From Octopus bimaculoides (Eukaryota): a DNA stretch of 64,000 nt. Below, piece by piece: positions 38,392 to 51,832 of this stretch. The notes under the pieces are model-generated. The model did not search any database, had not been told where the DNA came from, and saw only the letters and a program-made list of their open reading frames with translations. The stretch lies in NCBI RefSeq assembly GCF_001194135.2, contig NC_068986.1:73340814-73404813 (forward strand). The letters are read 5' to 3'. The stretch's first letter is position 1; every line of letters starts with the position of its first letter. The translations under genes were made by a program, and so were the position numbers.

Positions 38392-38850
38392 ATTAACTCT
38401 GTCTTCTATGTAGCACAAAAATGGTGGACTGAAAGATTAACCCTGACTTCTTTGTATCATAGCAATGGTGGGCTAATAAATGAACCATATCTTTGTAACA
38501 CAACAATAGTGGGCTAGTGGATTAACCCTTATGTTCTTTATAACATTTAGGAGAAGGTGCTGAGAAGTTTCCTGGCTTTGGGTAAAAGAAAATACTGGAG
38601 AATCAGTTAATTATGATTTTATTCAACATATTCCCCACTTAGATCTACATGCTTATTGCAGTGGTCATTCAGTTTTTCTAAGCCCTGTAAAAGTACTCAT
38701 AAGGTTGGGCCTCCAATCAGGCCTTTCATGATACCCTTAAAGGCAGGAACTTTTCAGCCCCCCCCCTACATTTGGGCTATTGAATGAACCCAGTCTTTGT
38801 AACGCAACACTGGCAAGACAATAAACCCTGTTTTCTGTGTATCAATGGAA
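38392..38850. repeat. Degenerate 41-44-bp minisatellite (about 6 units) interrupted by a MITE
   Basis: Units at(t/g)aaccc...tctttgta.cac.acaatggtgggcta. Confidence 0.65.
38550..38766. mobile_element. Mariner-type MITE with TA target
   Basis: gaaggtgctgagaagtttcctggcttt / aaaggcaggaacttttcagccccccc, flanked by TA. Confidence 0.7.
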
Positions 38851-39133
38851 TTCACCTAAGTGTCTTACTGTGGTAAAAATTTAATCTTCAGAAATTGCAT
38901 GTCATGGATATATTTCCCAAGAATATTTTACAAAAACAGTCTATTTATAAACTGACAATAAGAACAAGGTTAGAAACATAGTTCAGTGGAAATGGATGTT
39001 TTTTATTTTTATTTAATTGAATAATTTCAATTTTATTCCCAGTTGTAGTTATTCAGCCCCTGGTCAGTCCTGATCATGCATACTACTGCTGTTCTTGTTA
39101 ACCCTAAATTGTCCTGGTTATGGTGACTAATGT

Positions 39134-39519
39134 AGAGGTTCAATGGCCCAGTGGTTAGGGCAGCGGACTCGCAGTCATAGGATCGCGGTTTTGATTCCCA
39201 GACCGGGCATTGTGAGTGTTTATTGAGCGAAAACACCTAAAAGCTCCACGAGGCTCCGGCAGGGGATGGTGGCAAACCCTGCTGTACTCTTTCACCACAA
39301 CTTTCTCTCACTTTTACTTCCTGTTTCTGTTGTGCCTGTAATTCAAAGGGTCAGCCTTGTCACACTGTGTCATGCTGAATATCCCCGAGAACTACGTTAA
39401 GGGTACACGTGTCTGTGGAGTGCTCAGCCACTTGCACATTAATTTCACGAGCAGGCTGTTCCGTTGATCGGATCAACTGGAACCCTCAACGTCGTAAGCG
39501 ACGGAGTGCCAACAACTAA
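39134..39519 (+). mobile_element. SINE family B, full length
   Basis: 14-bp TSD atggtgactaatgt at 39120-39133 and 39520-39533. Confidence 0.92.
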
Positions 39520-40829
39520 ATGGTGACTAATGTCTGAAAAGTAGTGTAGCTACGACTGTTGTCCTTACCCTTTATCTTATTTTTTTTAGGAACAGTATAT
39601 CCTTCTAACTTATACTATATCATGCAACATATTTTTTTATTAAGGTTGTAGAATATAGCACAAGGGAGATTTAGCTGCTATTTCTAGCAGATCAGGGCTG
39701 CATAATGGCTGGTTCTCAATATACTGTGGTGTTACATTGTGAGATCTGAGCACAGACAGAAAACTGTATAAGTGAGGGAACTAAGCTAATCTTAACTGAC
39801 CTAAGGCCTTGTGTTGGTGCTGATTGCTGGTGGTCTCTGCCGAAATGGTGTTTCATGGCTGACTTTTGATTGATTTAACAGTTAAGACATCGATTGTGTT
39901 TTGAGGTTAGATGTCTGTACTTGATACATTAGCTCAGTTAATTGATAGACTGGCTTCTGTTTAGCTGGACAGTGGCCATGCAATAGCGAAGGATGGAGTA
40001 TAGCAGAGTATATGTGTGTGTATGTGTATGGGGGTGTGTGAGAGTATATGGACTGTGTGAAGGAGCACTTTATATAGTGTGCATATGAGAGAGAGTATGG
40101 TATTACAAGATAAGTATCTTATAGTGTGCATAGGTTAACCACTAGTATCTGCTTAGCTGGACAGTGGTCATACAATAAGGGAGCATAATGCGTGTGTACA
40201 TGTGTGTGAGAGAGANNNNNNNNNNNNNNNNNNNNNNNNNNNNNNNNNNNNNNNNNNNNNNNNNNNNNNNNNNNNNNNNNNNNNNNNNNNNNNNNNNNNN
40301 NNNNNNNNNNNNNNNNNNNNNNNNNNNNNNNNNNNNNNNNNNNNNNNNNNNNNNNNNNNNNNNNNNNNNNNNNNGGATAGAGAACATAATGTGTGTGTGA
40401 AATGTATGGTGGGGAGAGTATAGTGTAACAAATATAGTGTATTATGTGAGTGTGTGGATAGAGTACATAATGTGTGTGTGTGTGTGTAAGAGTGAGAGAG
40501 AGAGAGTATATGGACTGTGTGAAGGAGCACTTTATATAGTGTGCATATGAGAGAGAGTATGGTATTACAAGATAAGTATCTTATAGTGTGCATAGGTTAA
40601 CCACTAGTATCTGCTTAGCTGGACAGTGGTCATACAATAAGGGAGCATAATGCGTGTGTACATGTGTGTGAGAGAGAGAAAGAGAGAGATTGATAACTAA
40701 CATATGGAGATGTGTGTGTGTGTGAAAGAGATACCTGGATAAAAGAGGGGAATTGTTAAGTGATCATAGCTCTGTATATCACTGGTATTTTATAGAATCT
40801 ATCATCATTCTCATCATCATCATCATCAT

Positions 40830-41285
40830 TTAACATCCGTTTTACATGCTAGCATGGGTTAGACAATCTGACTGGAGCTGGTGACCTGGAGAGCTGCTCC
40901 CATGCTCCTGTTATCTGTTTTGGCTTGGTTTCTATAGCTTGAAGCTCTATCTAATGCTAACCACTTTACAGTGTGTACTAGGTGTCTTTTAGGTGTCACT
41001 GGCATGGATGCCTCTTAAATGTGTCTGGCAGAGGTGCTTTTTGCATGTCACTGGCATGGGTGCCCTTTTATGTGCCATCAACATGTGTGTCCTTCTACAT
41101 GTCACCAGCATGGGTGTCCCTTTATGTGTCACCGGCACAAGTGCCCTTTTGCATGTCACCAGCACAGGTGCCCTTTTATGTGTCACTGGCACTGGTGCCT
41201 TTTATGTGTTAGCAGCACTGGCTACAGCCATGATTTCACTTAGCTTGATGTGTCTTCTCAAACACAGCAAATCTACAAATATCTC
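40830..41285 (-). mobile_element. RTE 3' end with 9 tandem 27-bp modules and family C tail
   Basis: Units ggtgcccttttatgtgtcactggcatg at 40980-41220; the reverse complement of 41230-41272 matches the RTE end gagaagacccatcaagccaagtgaaatc. Confidence 0.75.
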
Positions 41286-42379
41286 ACCTGGCTAGATTTA
41301 TATTCTGTGTTGACAGAAATGTGATGAACAATAGAAGTAAGTCTCACTTGTGTACAACACATTGACTGTAACAGAGAGAGAGAGGGAGAGGGAGATAATC
41401 GTTGTTGGATGTGTGAGATATAAAAGACATATTAAATAGAATAGTTACTGTTTCTGAACAAAATATTTTTTCTTCTTCTTGTGAAGAACTCTAACAATAT
41501 TTCTAATAGAAACCAAAATAGATTTATAACAATGGTTGTGAAAATAGCTGAAAGAAAGTAGCCATATTATCATAATTATCAACTTTCATTAGTTTAACAT
41601 CAGATTTTCCTCACTGCTATGATACGGTATGGGGAAATATCTTTATTTTTTTTCTTCATTTCCATCATGGTTTGCCTTGTTTCTGTTCAAATTTCGTTCT
41701 TGTTATCAGAATTCTTTACACTCTGGCTCCCCACTAATCTTCATCATGGCACCGTTTGCAGATACTGTCATTCATTATTGTTATCGGTGACCATTATTAG
41801 CAGAAAGTATTCACTTTCTCTGCTCACTTGCTGTCTGCTTTTTACAGAAACTGTGCAAAGTTAGAAATAAAGAAATTATAAGAAATGATTAAAACATCTA
41901 ACAAAGAAAAACAGAAAACAATGTTAATAACATTGAAACACAAATATACTGCGAAACCAAAACATATATTATTGTATCGGTAGCTTAGTGGTAGAAATAC
42001 TCACCTGTTCACAAATGAGCAATCTTCCTGGTTGACAACAGATAACACCTCAGCTCCAGAAAGGAGTGTTTGGTAAATGTCTGCCTGGTTGACAATGTAG
42101 ATAACTCTGATTTCAGATCTTAATGTCTTCTAGTAGGAAAGACATCCAACTATGCCCAATGATGAAACCTCTGCATGGTCAGTGACCTTTAAGAAATAAT
42201 AGCAAAATATTCCTCAAATGATACCCTCCCATCTTGGGGGACAAAAAAGGGACTCATTGACTAATATATAAATACAAGATGGAATGGTCATAGTTAAGGC
42301 TAAACAGCAGCTCTTAACAGTATTTTTGCCTGTACTGTGCCACACAACACATTGGTCCATCCATATGCACCGTGGTGTA

Positions 42380-42511
42380 CTGAGTTCTGTTCCTTACTGC
42401 ACATTCATCCATCCACTGCATGGCACCTTGGGCAAGTGTCTTCTACTATAGCTTTGGGTTGACCAAAGCCTTGTGAGTGGATTTGGTTGATAGAAACTGA
42501 AAGAAGCCTGT

Positions 42512-42554
<43 letters not shown>

Positions 42555-42770
42555 GTGTGTGTGTTTGTGTGTCTGTGTTTGTCCCCCCACCATCGCTTGA
42601 CAACCAATACTGGTTTGTTTTTATCCCCGTAACTTAGCGGTTCGACAAAAGACACCGTTAGAATAAGTACCAGGTTTACAAAGAATAAGTCCTGGGGTTG
42701 ATTTATTTGACTAAAGGTGATGCTCCAGCATGGCTGCAGTCAAATGACTGAAACGAAAAAAGAATAATAA
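42380..42770 (+). mobile_element. SINE family A
   Basis: ccactgcatggcaccttgggcaagtgtctt...gactgaaacgaaaaaagaa. Confidence 0.8.
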
Positions 42771-42830
42771 TATGTCTATAAAATATGCATATAAAAATAT
42801 CTATAAACACATTATATATGTGAGTCTGTG

Positions 42831-42868
<38 letters not shown>

Positions 42869-42903
42869 CACACACACATTATGCATGTATATTTATGTGT
42901 GTG

Positions 42904-42940
<37 letters not shown>

Positions 42941-43154
42941 GTAAAATAGCCCAGGTGGGAGGATCATTACAAATATGCATATTGTTACAGTTGGAGCTTT
43001 TTTATGATATTAAATGCCTTTCTTACAACTACCTATTGAATCTGAAATGTATTGGATCTCTTTGTTAATCAAACAGACGGAGACGAGCAGATTTTATTAG
43101 TTCACAGTAATAGCTGTAGTCTTAAGATTTTGAACTCACAAATTGTCCAAGTCT

Positions 43155-43376
43155 TTAACCCTTTAGCACTTAAATTGGTCATATCAGGCCAAAATATTTT
43201 TCTATGTTCAAACCAGCCAGGTCTGGCCTCTCACACTTAATTTACAATGTCATTCTAAAAATAAACACTTGCATCATTGAAATCTCAAAGCTTTGAGATA
43301 ATTCATAATTAATGCAAGACAGTGCGAATAAATAAGCATCAGATTTGACAGAGCAATCTGAATGCTAAAGAATTAA
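43155..43376 (-). mobile_element. TTAA-flanked piggyBac-type MITE
   Basis: ttaaccctttagca...tgctaaagaattaa; reverse of the 47390 copy. Confidence 0.75.
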
Positions 43377-44409
43377 CTTGCACAGTTAAGTTTTGTGTAT
43401 TTGCATTTCCGTATATAATTATATGTATGCGTTTGTGTATGTGTGTGTGATTGTATCTGTGTGCATCTGTTTCTGATTGTGTGTGTGTGTGTGTGTACTC
43501 ATAGGTTGTAGACAGGCAGGGATAGACATAGATATAAAAATAGATATATGTGTGGGAGGAGACCTAGACACATTTTTAAAGCAACTGTTTTAAATGACTT
43601 CAAATTGTCATGCTACACATTAAGTTGACACTCCTCTTTCAAGACCCAAACATTAAGAGTGAAATACATGCAAGTCATGTGTGTGTGTGTGTGTGGTATT
43701 GTAGTTGTCATGTTTGTGTGTGTAATGCTATTTTTCTCCACATTTCTCTTTCCACTCATTCCAGTAGCAATAGAAAGTTATGTTGTGTATTCCACCCTAT
43801 CCTGTTACATCAAAATAAATTACAAAATAAAAGTACTTATTGGATTTTTACGTTTGTTGTATTTGTTTGTATATTCATTCATTTTACAATATCTTGAAAA
43901 TTAGTTTTACGAAAATTTATAAATTATTTTTTTCAAAATCTATGCTATAGATTCATGATATCTTGATGGTACTTCAGTTTTGTGTGGGTATAAAACAAAT
44001 TAATCGGTGCTGATGCCACAATATATTGCATTCAGTGGTTGGTGGTAGGAAGGGTTGAAATTGTGCCAGAAATTGTGCCAGAAATGGCCCATGGTCCCCT
44101 GATCCATCTTGGAAAGTGGTAACTTTGAATAAGAACTGACCTGTACCAGCATGGAAAGTCAATATTCAATAATGATGATGATGACAATGGTGATGACAAT
44201 GATGTAAACAGTGCCAGATTGACAGAAGATACAAAAATGTGGTAACGATATAACATTCTTAGTTTTTCCAAAAAATATTCTTCCATGATTGGTCAAAGAA
44301 GGGTCATCCAGCTGTCAATTACTGACTGACAAAAGGAACCATGGTGAGTTTATGAGAAGTGTCAGAGGCCTGCAAAACTGTACTCTACTTTAATAGAAAA
44401 AACTGGTCT

Positions 44410-44966
44410 TTAACCCTTCAACATTTAGATTACTCTATCAAATGTAATGCTTATTTATTCACATTCATCATCATCATCATCATTTAACATCTGTTTTCCA
44501 TGTTGGCATGGCTTGGACAGTTTGACAGAAGCTGGCAAGCCAGAGAGCCTTACTAAGCTCCAATTGTCTGCTTTGGCATGGTTTCTATGGCTGGATGCCC
44601 TTCCAAACACCAACTACCTTACAAAATGTACTGGGTGCTTTTTACATGGCATTGTCATTTAATGTCCACTTTTCCATGCTTCTATAAGTCAGACAGAAAT
44701 TTTTAGGCAGATTTGTTTTTTTTTACAGCTGGACATCCTTCCTGTCACCATCCCTCACCTGCTTCCAAGCAAAGGTAATATTTCCCTTGAATTGTCTTGA
44801 ATTAATCATGCATTGTCTTATAGCTTAGCGATTTCAGTGATGTGATTGTTTATTTTTAGAATGACATTGTAGGGTAGGTGTGAGAAGCCAAATTTGGCTG
44901 CCTTGAATATAAAAGTAAGTAGACTATTGGAGCTGAATGTAGCTGGTTTGAATTCTAAAGGGTTAA
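44410..44966 (+). mobile_element. piggyBac-type MITE interrupted by family C-related insertions (about 44466-44790)
   Basis: Left and right halves match the 47390-47617 copy. Confidence 0.7.
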
Positions 44967-46932
44967 TGTGCTGTACTATAGTTTAATCCCAGATTAGATA
45001 TTCCATCAATGAACATTTTTTTTTTGAGGCTGTTTGCATTGGGAATTATTCAATATGCATTTCTCTTGTAGGGTGTGATTTAAGAATGAATTAGCTGCTA
45101 TTTATTGAAAGCCAAATGACAGCATAACAGTTCTTTCATTGGTTTATATTCTTATAAAAAGAATCAGACATAAATGAATTGCTTAGCAAGGGTTTGTAGC
45201 CATTTATTGTTTAAGATATAAAACATATTTTTTGTTGAATTTAAAATCTGTCTGCAATAAATTTGTATTATTCTGCTACCATTTATGTATGTGATGTTTA
45301 ACTATGAAATGAAATGAAAACAAAATCTATTATAGACAACAGTTATTCATAAGACAATTAACTAATAAACTACAGAACAAAACAACAGGCATAGTCTATT
45401 ATAGACACAGTTTTATATTATTTATATTTTTTTTTATAAACAATTGATTCAGAAATAGTTTAAATTGTGATAAATATACTGTAGAGATATTTTTTTTAGG
45501 TTCCACACAACACCATGTAAAATCTCTTGTGCTTCATTCACTGGGACTGTTGAAACAAATCCAGTCATATGTACTTTTATTTGATATAAAAACTAGGATG
45601 TAGGACAATGTTAAATGTTACAATGTGGTCATAATGTTATAGATAGACAGATTAGGTCTTCAGTTCTGTTATATAAAGAGTTTGCTATGTATATTATTCT
45701 TTTAATACATTTTCAATAATTTTAATAAAAATAAGTCTAGGCTATGACTGTGTAGTAAGAAGTTTGCTTCTCAACCACATGGTTCTGGGTTCTTCAGTTC
45801 CACTACATGGTACTGTGGACAAATGTATTCCATTATAGTTGCAGGCCAACCATAGCCTTGTCTGTGGATTTGGTTGATGGAAACTGAAAGATGCTCATCC
45901 ATCCATAAAATATATCTGCCTCAATAACTTCCAACCCATGAAAGCATGGAATAGTGGATGCTAAAATGATGGTGATGATGATAGTTACTGTGGAAAGATA
46001 AACAGAAGTAAAGAAGTATTTTATCATGGATGTGCATAAGCATATTCATTTATTGGTAAAAAAATAAAAATAATAGATAACTCTGAATGTATGAAGAGGA
46101 ACAAGTGTATAAAAAAGAATATAGTTTTCAAAGGTGTTCTTAGACTGCAGGCAGTGTAAAATTCACTACCTATGTGGCTTTACTCCATCTCAAATATCAA
46201 ACACTTCATTAAAAGTACAATTTCAAAAGAAATTGTCTTTCGTAGTTTACTACAAATATTCAATAATCTTCTCATTTTCAAAATAATCATGGAATTTCCA
46301 AGAGTAAAACTAGTGTAAATTTAATTCTATTTTTTTTTTTATCTGTTTTAAGTAGAAGTGCATCTATATTTCAATAGTAGATGGAGTAAATTGCTCTCCT
46401 GAACTGAAATAAGACAAGTCAAATCAATCCGCATATTTAATTCAATGTTTTTAAGTGATTATTTGCTGGAAAGTGAGGGCAAATAGCAAGTTCCACAGAA
46501 ACAGAAAGTTTTATAGTTGATTGGCAGGCTGGTAGATAGGTAAGTAGAGAGACAGACAAACAGATAGGCGGAGAGATATGAGATTAAACAAAGCATTTTG
46601 TGTGGTAGTGTTGCAAGAGACCCATTGTGTGGATGTCAATATGAAGAATGAGACAATTACAACTAGGTGAAGTCAGTGTGATTAAAGGCTCAATCTGAAT
46701 CATTATATAAAATAATTTGTATAACAGGCATGCAGTATGATATATTATTAGTGATATGGAAATCTGACAAGTAACCAAAGGCCTTATTATAAAACAAAGG
46801 AAGGAAACTGCTTAAAATTGTTATCCATGACATTAATTGTATCAAAAAATATATCTCTATGTTTAAAATCATGACACAACACTAACAGACATGACAGCAA
46901 AGATCTTCATGTTAAATTATCTGATAATATAG

Positions 46933-47270
46933 GTGCAAGTGTGGCTGTGTAGTAAGAAGTTTGTTTCCCATCCACATGGTTCCAGGCTCAGTCCCACTGT
47001 GTGATACCTTGGGCAAGTGTCTTCTACTATAGCCCCAGGAGTGGATTTGGCAGTTAGAAACTGTGTGTGTTAGGTTTGTCTTCACTTTACCACTTGATGA
47101 CTGGTGTTGGTTTGTTTATGTTTCTGTAACTTAGTAGTTCAGTAAAAGAGACTGATAGAATGAGTACTAGGCTTAAAGTTAAGTACTGGAGTCATTTGTT
47201 CAGCTAAACATCAAGATGGTGTCCCAGCATGGCCGCAGTCCAATGACTAAAACAAGTAAAAGATAAAACA
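46933..47270 (+). mobile_element. SINE family A, diverged
   Basis: taggtgcaagtgtggctgtgtag...ccttgggcaagtgtctt...gactaaaacaagtaaaag. Confidence 0.75.
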
Positions 47271-47389
47271 TAATTTTACATCAATGACAGATATAAGGAA
47301 ATAGATGCTTTAGCTATAATTTTCATTTTGTTGCAAATTGACCAAGAATTTTGTGATTCTCTCCCAAGTTGCTATTAAGTTTCCAGACC

Positions 47390-47617
47390 TTAACCCTTTA
47401 GCAATCAGATACTCTCTCAATTGTAATACTTATTTATTCACATTGCTCTGGGTTAATCATGCATTATCTCATAGCTTCAAGATTTCTATGATGTGATTGT
47501 TTATTTTTTAGAATGACATTGTAGGGGAGGTGTAAGACACCAGATCTGGCTGGCTTGGACTTAAAACAGGAAGAATATTTTGGCCGGATATGGCCAGTTT
47601 AAATGCTAAAGGGTTAA
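47390..47617 (+). mobile_element. Complete TTAA-flanked piggyBac-type MITE
   Basis: TTAA-ccctttagca...tgctaaaggg-TTAA. Confidence 0.8.
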
Positions 47618-48522
47618 TATAGTAAAATTGTTGGAAGTAAGAAAATCCAATGAAGGAGAAGCATAATTAAAGAATAATAACTAGGTCAGGTGATTAATAA
47701 GCAGTTCACAAAAAGAAAGTATTGTAATTATTAATTCATATATTAAGTCTGCTCTAAAGAATTGGCCATGAGGGGAATTACAGAAATAAGTTCATCAATT
47801 CTGATTGATTAAGTGCCATATCTATTAAAATGTATCCATTGAGTGTAGCCATATTTTATGTCTTGAGGGGGTTTTCAACTACTTTAGGTATAAACTTATG
47901 AAAGGAAATCTCTGCAAGATGTCAGATTTGGCAGGGTTCATAAATGTAATTGATATGTAACTTTGAAGAGTGGAACACCATTTCACTGTAGTGCCAAGGG
48001 AGGAAAGATCCCATTTTCAGTGCAGTGATTTAAATGTTAATTTTGATATATTCTCTAATTACATGGCTTAATTTTTAGATGAGATGCAGTAATTACCAAG
48101 AAATGAAGTACCAGTGAATGAGTCATTGATATTATTTGAACATGAAATGCTATGTTTCTGAATCAGAAGAACCTCCCTGAAGATAGAGATAGTTGTTCTA
48201 CCACTTGAAAAGGAAAAGGTGATAAAAATAGTAATTACCAATATCATGGAATGATGTAGTCAAATAAAGAAGGAATATTTCTGTCTAGTTAATTCAAGCT
48301 AACTGATAGTGTTGTTGAACTTAAGTTACTAATGTATTAAGTTACATCTAATACCTAATAAGTGAATGACTACAATTTCTTAGAGATTTTATACCATATT
48401 TTGATCTTATGAATGTCTATTAGAGTGTCATATTATCTACATTTAATGTAGGCCTATATTACTATATTTTGATCTCCACATCTGATGTAAGGCTATACTA
48501 ATGTATTAATTTCTATTGGAAC

Positions 48523-48583
<61 letters not shown>

Positions 48584-48605
48584 NNNNNNNNNNTATTTAT
48601 GATTT

Positions 48606-48790
48606 TTACACTGTTTGTATATAGTCATGGACTGGCAATTCAGTTTTCCTCCAATTCAGTTCAGCTATGGCAAAGCATCGATGCCCATCACTGCTGAATG
48701 GGATTTGGGGTGAGTTGTCTTGCCTGTCTATGACTTTCAGGTATTTTAACACCCGGCACTTTGAGCTAAATTGCAGCCTACTGATGAATA
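48606..48790. other. Unique island with exon-like features on both strands
   Basis: Minus frame RLQFSSKCRVLKYLKVIDRQDNSPQIPFSSDGHRCFAIAELNWRKTELPVHDYIQTV*; plus candidate exon 48625-48709 with GG|gtgagt donor. Confidence 0.25.
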
Positions 48791-48834
48791 AGTAAAGCAC
48801 ATACATTGAGTGTGTGTGTTCGGTTACATCATCA

Positions 48835-49135
48835 TCATCATCATCATCGTTTGACGTCCGCTTTCCAAGCTAGCATGGGTTGGACGATTTGACTGAGGAC
48901 TGGTGGAGCCCGAAGGCTACACCAGGCTCCATTCTGATTTGGCAGAGTTTCTACAGCTGGATGCTCTTCCTAACGCTAACCACTCCGAGAGTGTAGTAGG
49001 TGCTTTTACGTGTCACCCGCACGAAGGCCAATTAGGCAATACTGGCAACGGCCACGCTCAAAATGGTGTATTTTATGTGCCATCCACACAAGAGCCAGTC
49101 CAGGGGCACTGGCAACGATCTTGCTCGAAAGTCCT
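48835..49135 (-). mobile_element. Family C element / RTE 3' UTR, young
   Basis: Close match to the reverse complement of 37900-38200. Confidence 0.85.
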
Positions 49136-50048
49136 TACACATGCTGTGGGCACAAGAGCATATGCATGTATACATAAATTTATGTACATACCTACATCTA
49201 CATGTATATATAGATGCATATCCGGGTACAGGACATTAAAAAGAAACGGGAACATAAAGCACAAAAAAACGGACTTTTTTACAGACAACAGAATAAACAC
49301 ATAGGAAAACAGACGAGCCACTTATGGGATTTGTCCTTCATCAGCTGCCTCTATTCTAAACTAGGCGTTATATATATATATATCTATAAGGCAAGCTGGT
49401 CGAATTGTTATCATGTCAGACAAAATGCTTAGTGGAATTTCTTCACTCAAATCCTGTAGAGATCCCTTTGGGATTGATAAAATAAAGTACTAGTCAAGAA
49501 TAGGGTTGACGTAATAGGCTTGTTCCTTCCCCTCAAAATTGCTAGCCTTGGACCCCTCTAACAAACCAGTGTCCTGTTCAGGGACATGTTGTGATCTCAG
49601 TAGCTTATACACCATGGAAACCATGTAACTGGCCTTATGAATCCTAGATTTCAAGAAAAAGAAGTACATGCGTATATAAAAAATACATATGTATGTGCAT
49701 GTATGGCACCTTGCTGTACTCAAGAAGACCCGTCCTCCACAGCAGAAGTGTTAATGACACTCCTGCTGTTGAAGAAGATTCGCCTGCAAGAGCCTTGTCC
49801 CTGTGTCACATAAAAAGTGCACCTACTGGTGCCATGTAAAAGCATCCATGCTGGTACCATGTAAAAGGCACCCAGCACACTCTGGAAAGTGGTTGGTGTT
49901 AGGAATGGCATGCAGCCATAGAAACCAAACCAAATCAGACTGGAACCAAGTAGCTCTCCTACTTGCCAGCTCTGGTCAAACTGTCCAACCTGTGCCAGCA
50001 TGGAAAACAGACATTAAATGATGATGATGGTGATGCTATATGTATATG

Positions 50049-50089
<41 letters not shown>

Positions 50090-51081
50090 NNNNNNNNNNN
50101 NNNNNNNNNNNNNNNNNNNNNNNNNNNNNNNNNNNNNNNNNNNNNNNNNNNNNNNNNNNNNNNNNNNNNNNNNNNNNNNNNNNNNNNNNNNNNNNNNNNN
50201 NNNNNNNNNNNNNNNNNNNNNNNNNNNNNNNNNNNNNNNNNNNNNNNNNNNNNNNNNNNNNNNNNNNNNNNNNNNNNNNNNNNNNNNNNNNNNNNNNNNN
50301 NNNNNNNNNNNNNNNNNNNNNNNNNNNNNNNNNNNNNNNNNNNNNNNNNNNNNNNNNNNNNNNNNNNNNNNNNNNNNNNNNNNNNNNNNNNNNNNNNNNN
50401 NNNNNNNNNNNNNNNNNNNNNNNNNNNNNNNNNNNNNNNNNNNNNNNNNNNNNNNNNNNNNNNNNNNNNNNNNNNNNNNNNNNNNNNNNNNNNNNNNNNN
50501 NNNNNNNNNNNNNNNNNNNNNNNNNNNNNNNNNNNNNNNNNNNNNNNNNNNNNNNNNNNNNNNNNNNNNNNNNNNNNNNNNNNNNNNNNNNNNNNNNNNN
50601 NNNNNNNNNNNNNNNNNNNNNNNNNNNNNNNNNNNNNNNNNNNNNNNNNNNNNNNNNNNNNNNNNNNNNNNNNNNNNNNNNNNNNNNNNNNNNNNNNNNN
50701 NNNNNNNNNNNNNNNNNNNNNNNNNNNNNNNNNNNNNNNNNNNNNNNNNNNNNNNNNNNNNNNNNNNNNNNNNNNNNNNNNNNNNNNNNNNNNNNNNNNN
50801 NNNNNNNNNNNNNNNNNNNNNNNNNNNNNNNNNNNNNNNNNNNNNNNNNNNNNNNNNNNNNNNNNNNNNNNNNNNNNNNNNNNNNNNNNNNNNNNNNNNN
50901 NNNNNNNNNNNNNNNNNNNNNNNNNNNNNNNNNNNNNNNNNNNNNNNNNNNNNNNNNNNNNNNNNNNNNNNNNNNNNNNNNNNNNNNNNNNNNNNNNNNN
51001 NNNNNNNNNNNNNNNNNNATGGAAAACAGACATTAAATGATGATGATGGTGATGCTATATGTATATGTATATATATATATA

Positions 51082-51832
51082 CAGTGGTTGGACAAAATAA
51101 TGGAAATACCTAGCATCATAATTTTGAAATACCTATAAAACCGTCAAAAGCTTGTTTATTTTTATGTTTTTTGATTGATTATTAGAGTTGCTTAATATGT
51201 TTTGCTAAAATTACTGTTTCTTTTCAGTTATCATGAAAAAAAGGTAATTAAAATTCATTAAAATGACAGATCTATTGGACTTTCAAAGAGGTCAAATTGT
51301 TGGTGCTCATATGGCAGGCGCTAGTGTAATGAAAACAGCCAAAATGTTTGGTGTATCAAGAAGTACTGTCTTGAAAGTAATAATAGCCTTTGGGAAAGAG
51401 GGAAAAACCTCTGCGTCGAAACAAAACTTCAGAAGAAAACCAAAACTTTCAGATGGGGACCACCGGACTCTTACATGAATTCTTAGAAAGGATCACAGCT
51501 CCCAAAATTATTGCAGAGCTTAATGATCACGTTGAGAACCCTATTTCCACAAAAAACGTTCACTGGGAGCTGCACAAAGCTGGATTTCATGGGAGGGCTG
51601 CAATCAGAAAACCACTACTTTCAAAAACAAATGTTACAAAGCATTTAGAGTGGAGTGAAAACCTACAGAATTGGTGCTTATAGCAGTGGAAGAATGTTAT
51701 TTTTTTGGACTTTGTACGAGTCCATACCTTGTAGAATTCAAGCTGTAATTACTGCCAAAGGTAGTCCTACCCCATATTAAAATAAGTTTATTTGAAATTT
51801 TAAGGTGTTTTCATTATTTTGTCCAATCCCTG
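51082..51832 (+). mobile_element. Internally deleted Tc1-like DNA transposon
   Basis: TIRs cagtggttggacaaaataatggaaatacc / ggtgttttcattattttgtccaatccctg with TA flanks; MTDLLDFQRGQIVGAHMAG...GFHGRAAIRKPLLS...HLEWS then LYESIPCRIQAVITAKGSPTPY*; catalytic DDE region missing. Confidence 0.92.

Noticed and set aside
39134-39215. Functional tRNA genes in SINE heads
   Set aside because: They continue into SINE bodies with TSDs and lack a full cloverleaf
40040-40680. About 175-bp direct repeat either side of the gap 40216-40374 (similar cases at 3680-3870 and 49995-51075)
   Set aside because: Identical sequence flanking an N-gap is most likely unmerged contig overlap
40980-41220. CRISPR-like periodicity
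   Set aside because: Contiguous diverged units without unique spacers, eukaryotic retroelement context, no cas genes
41829-41851. 23-nt minus-strand exon linking the 48.7-kb and 36.1-kb candidates
   Set aside because: Needs a weak upstream donor, and the joined peptide is unrecognisable; chance phase match is likely
49963-51113. ORFs of 340-357 aa (also 27226-27585, 36897-37502, 62180-62762)
   Set aside because: Open only because they run through N-gaps
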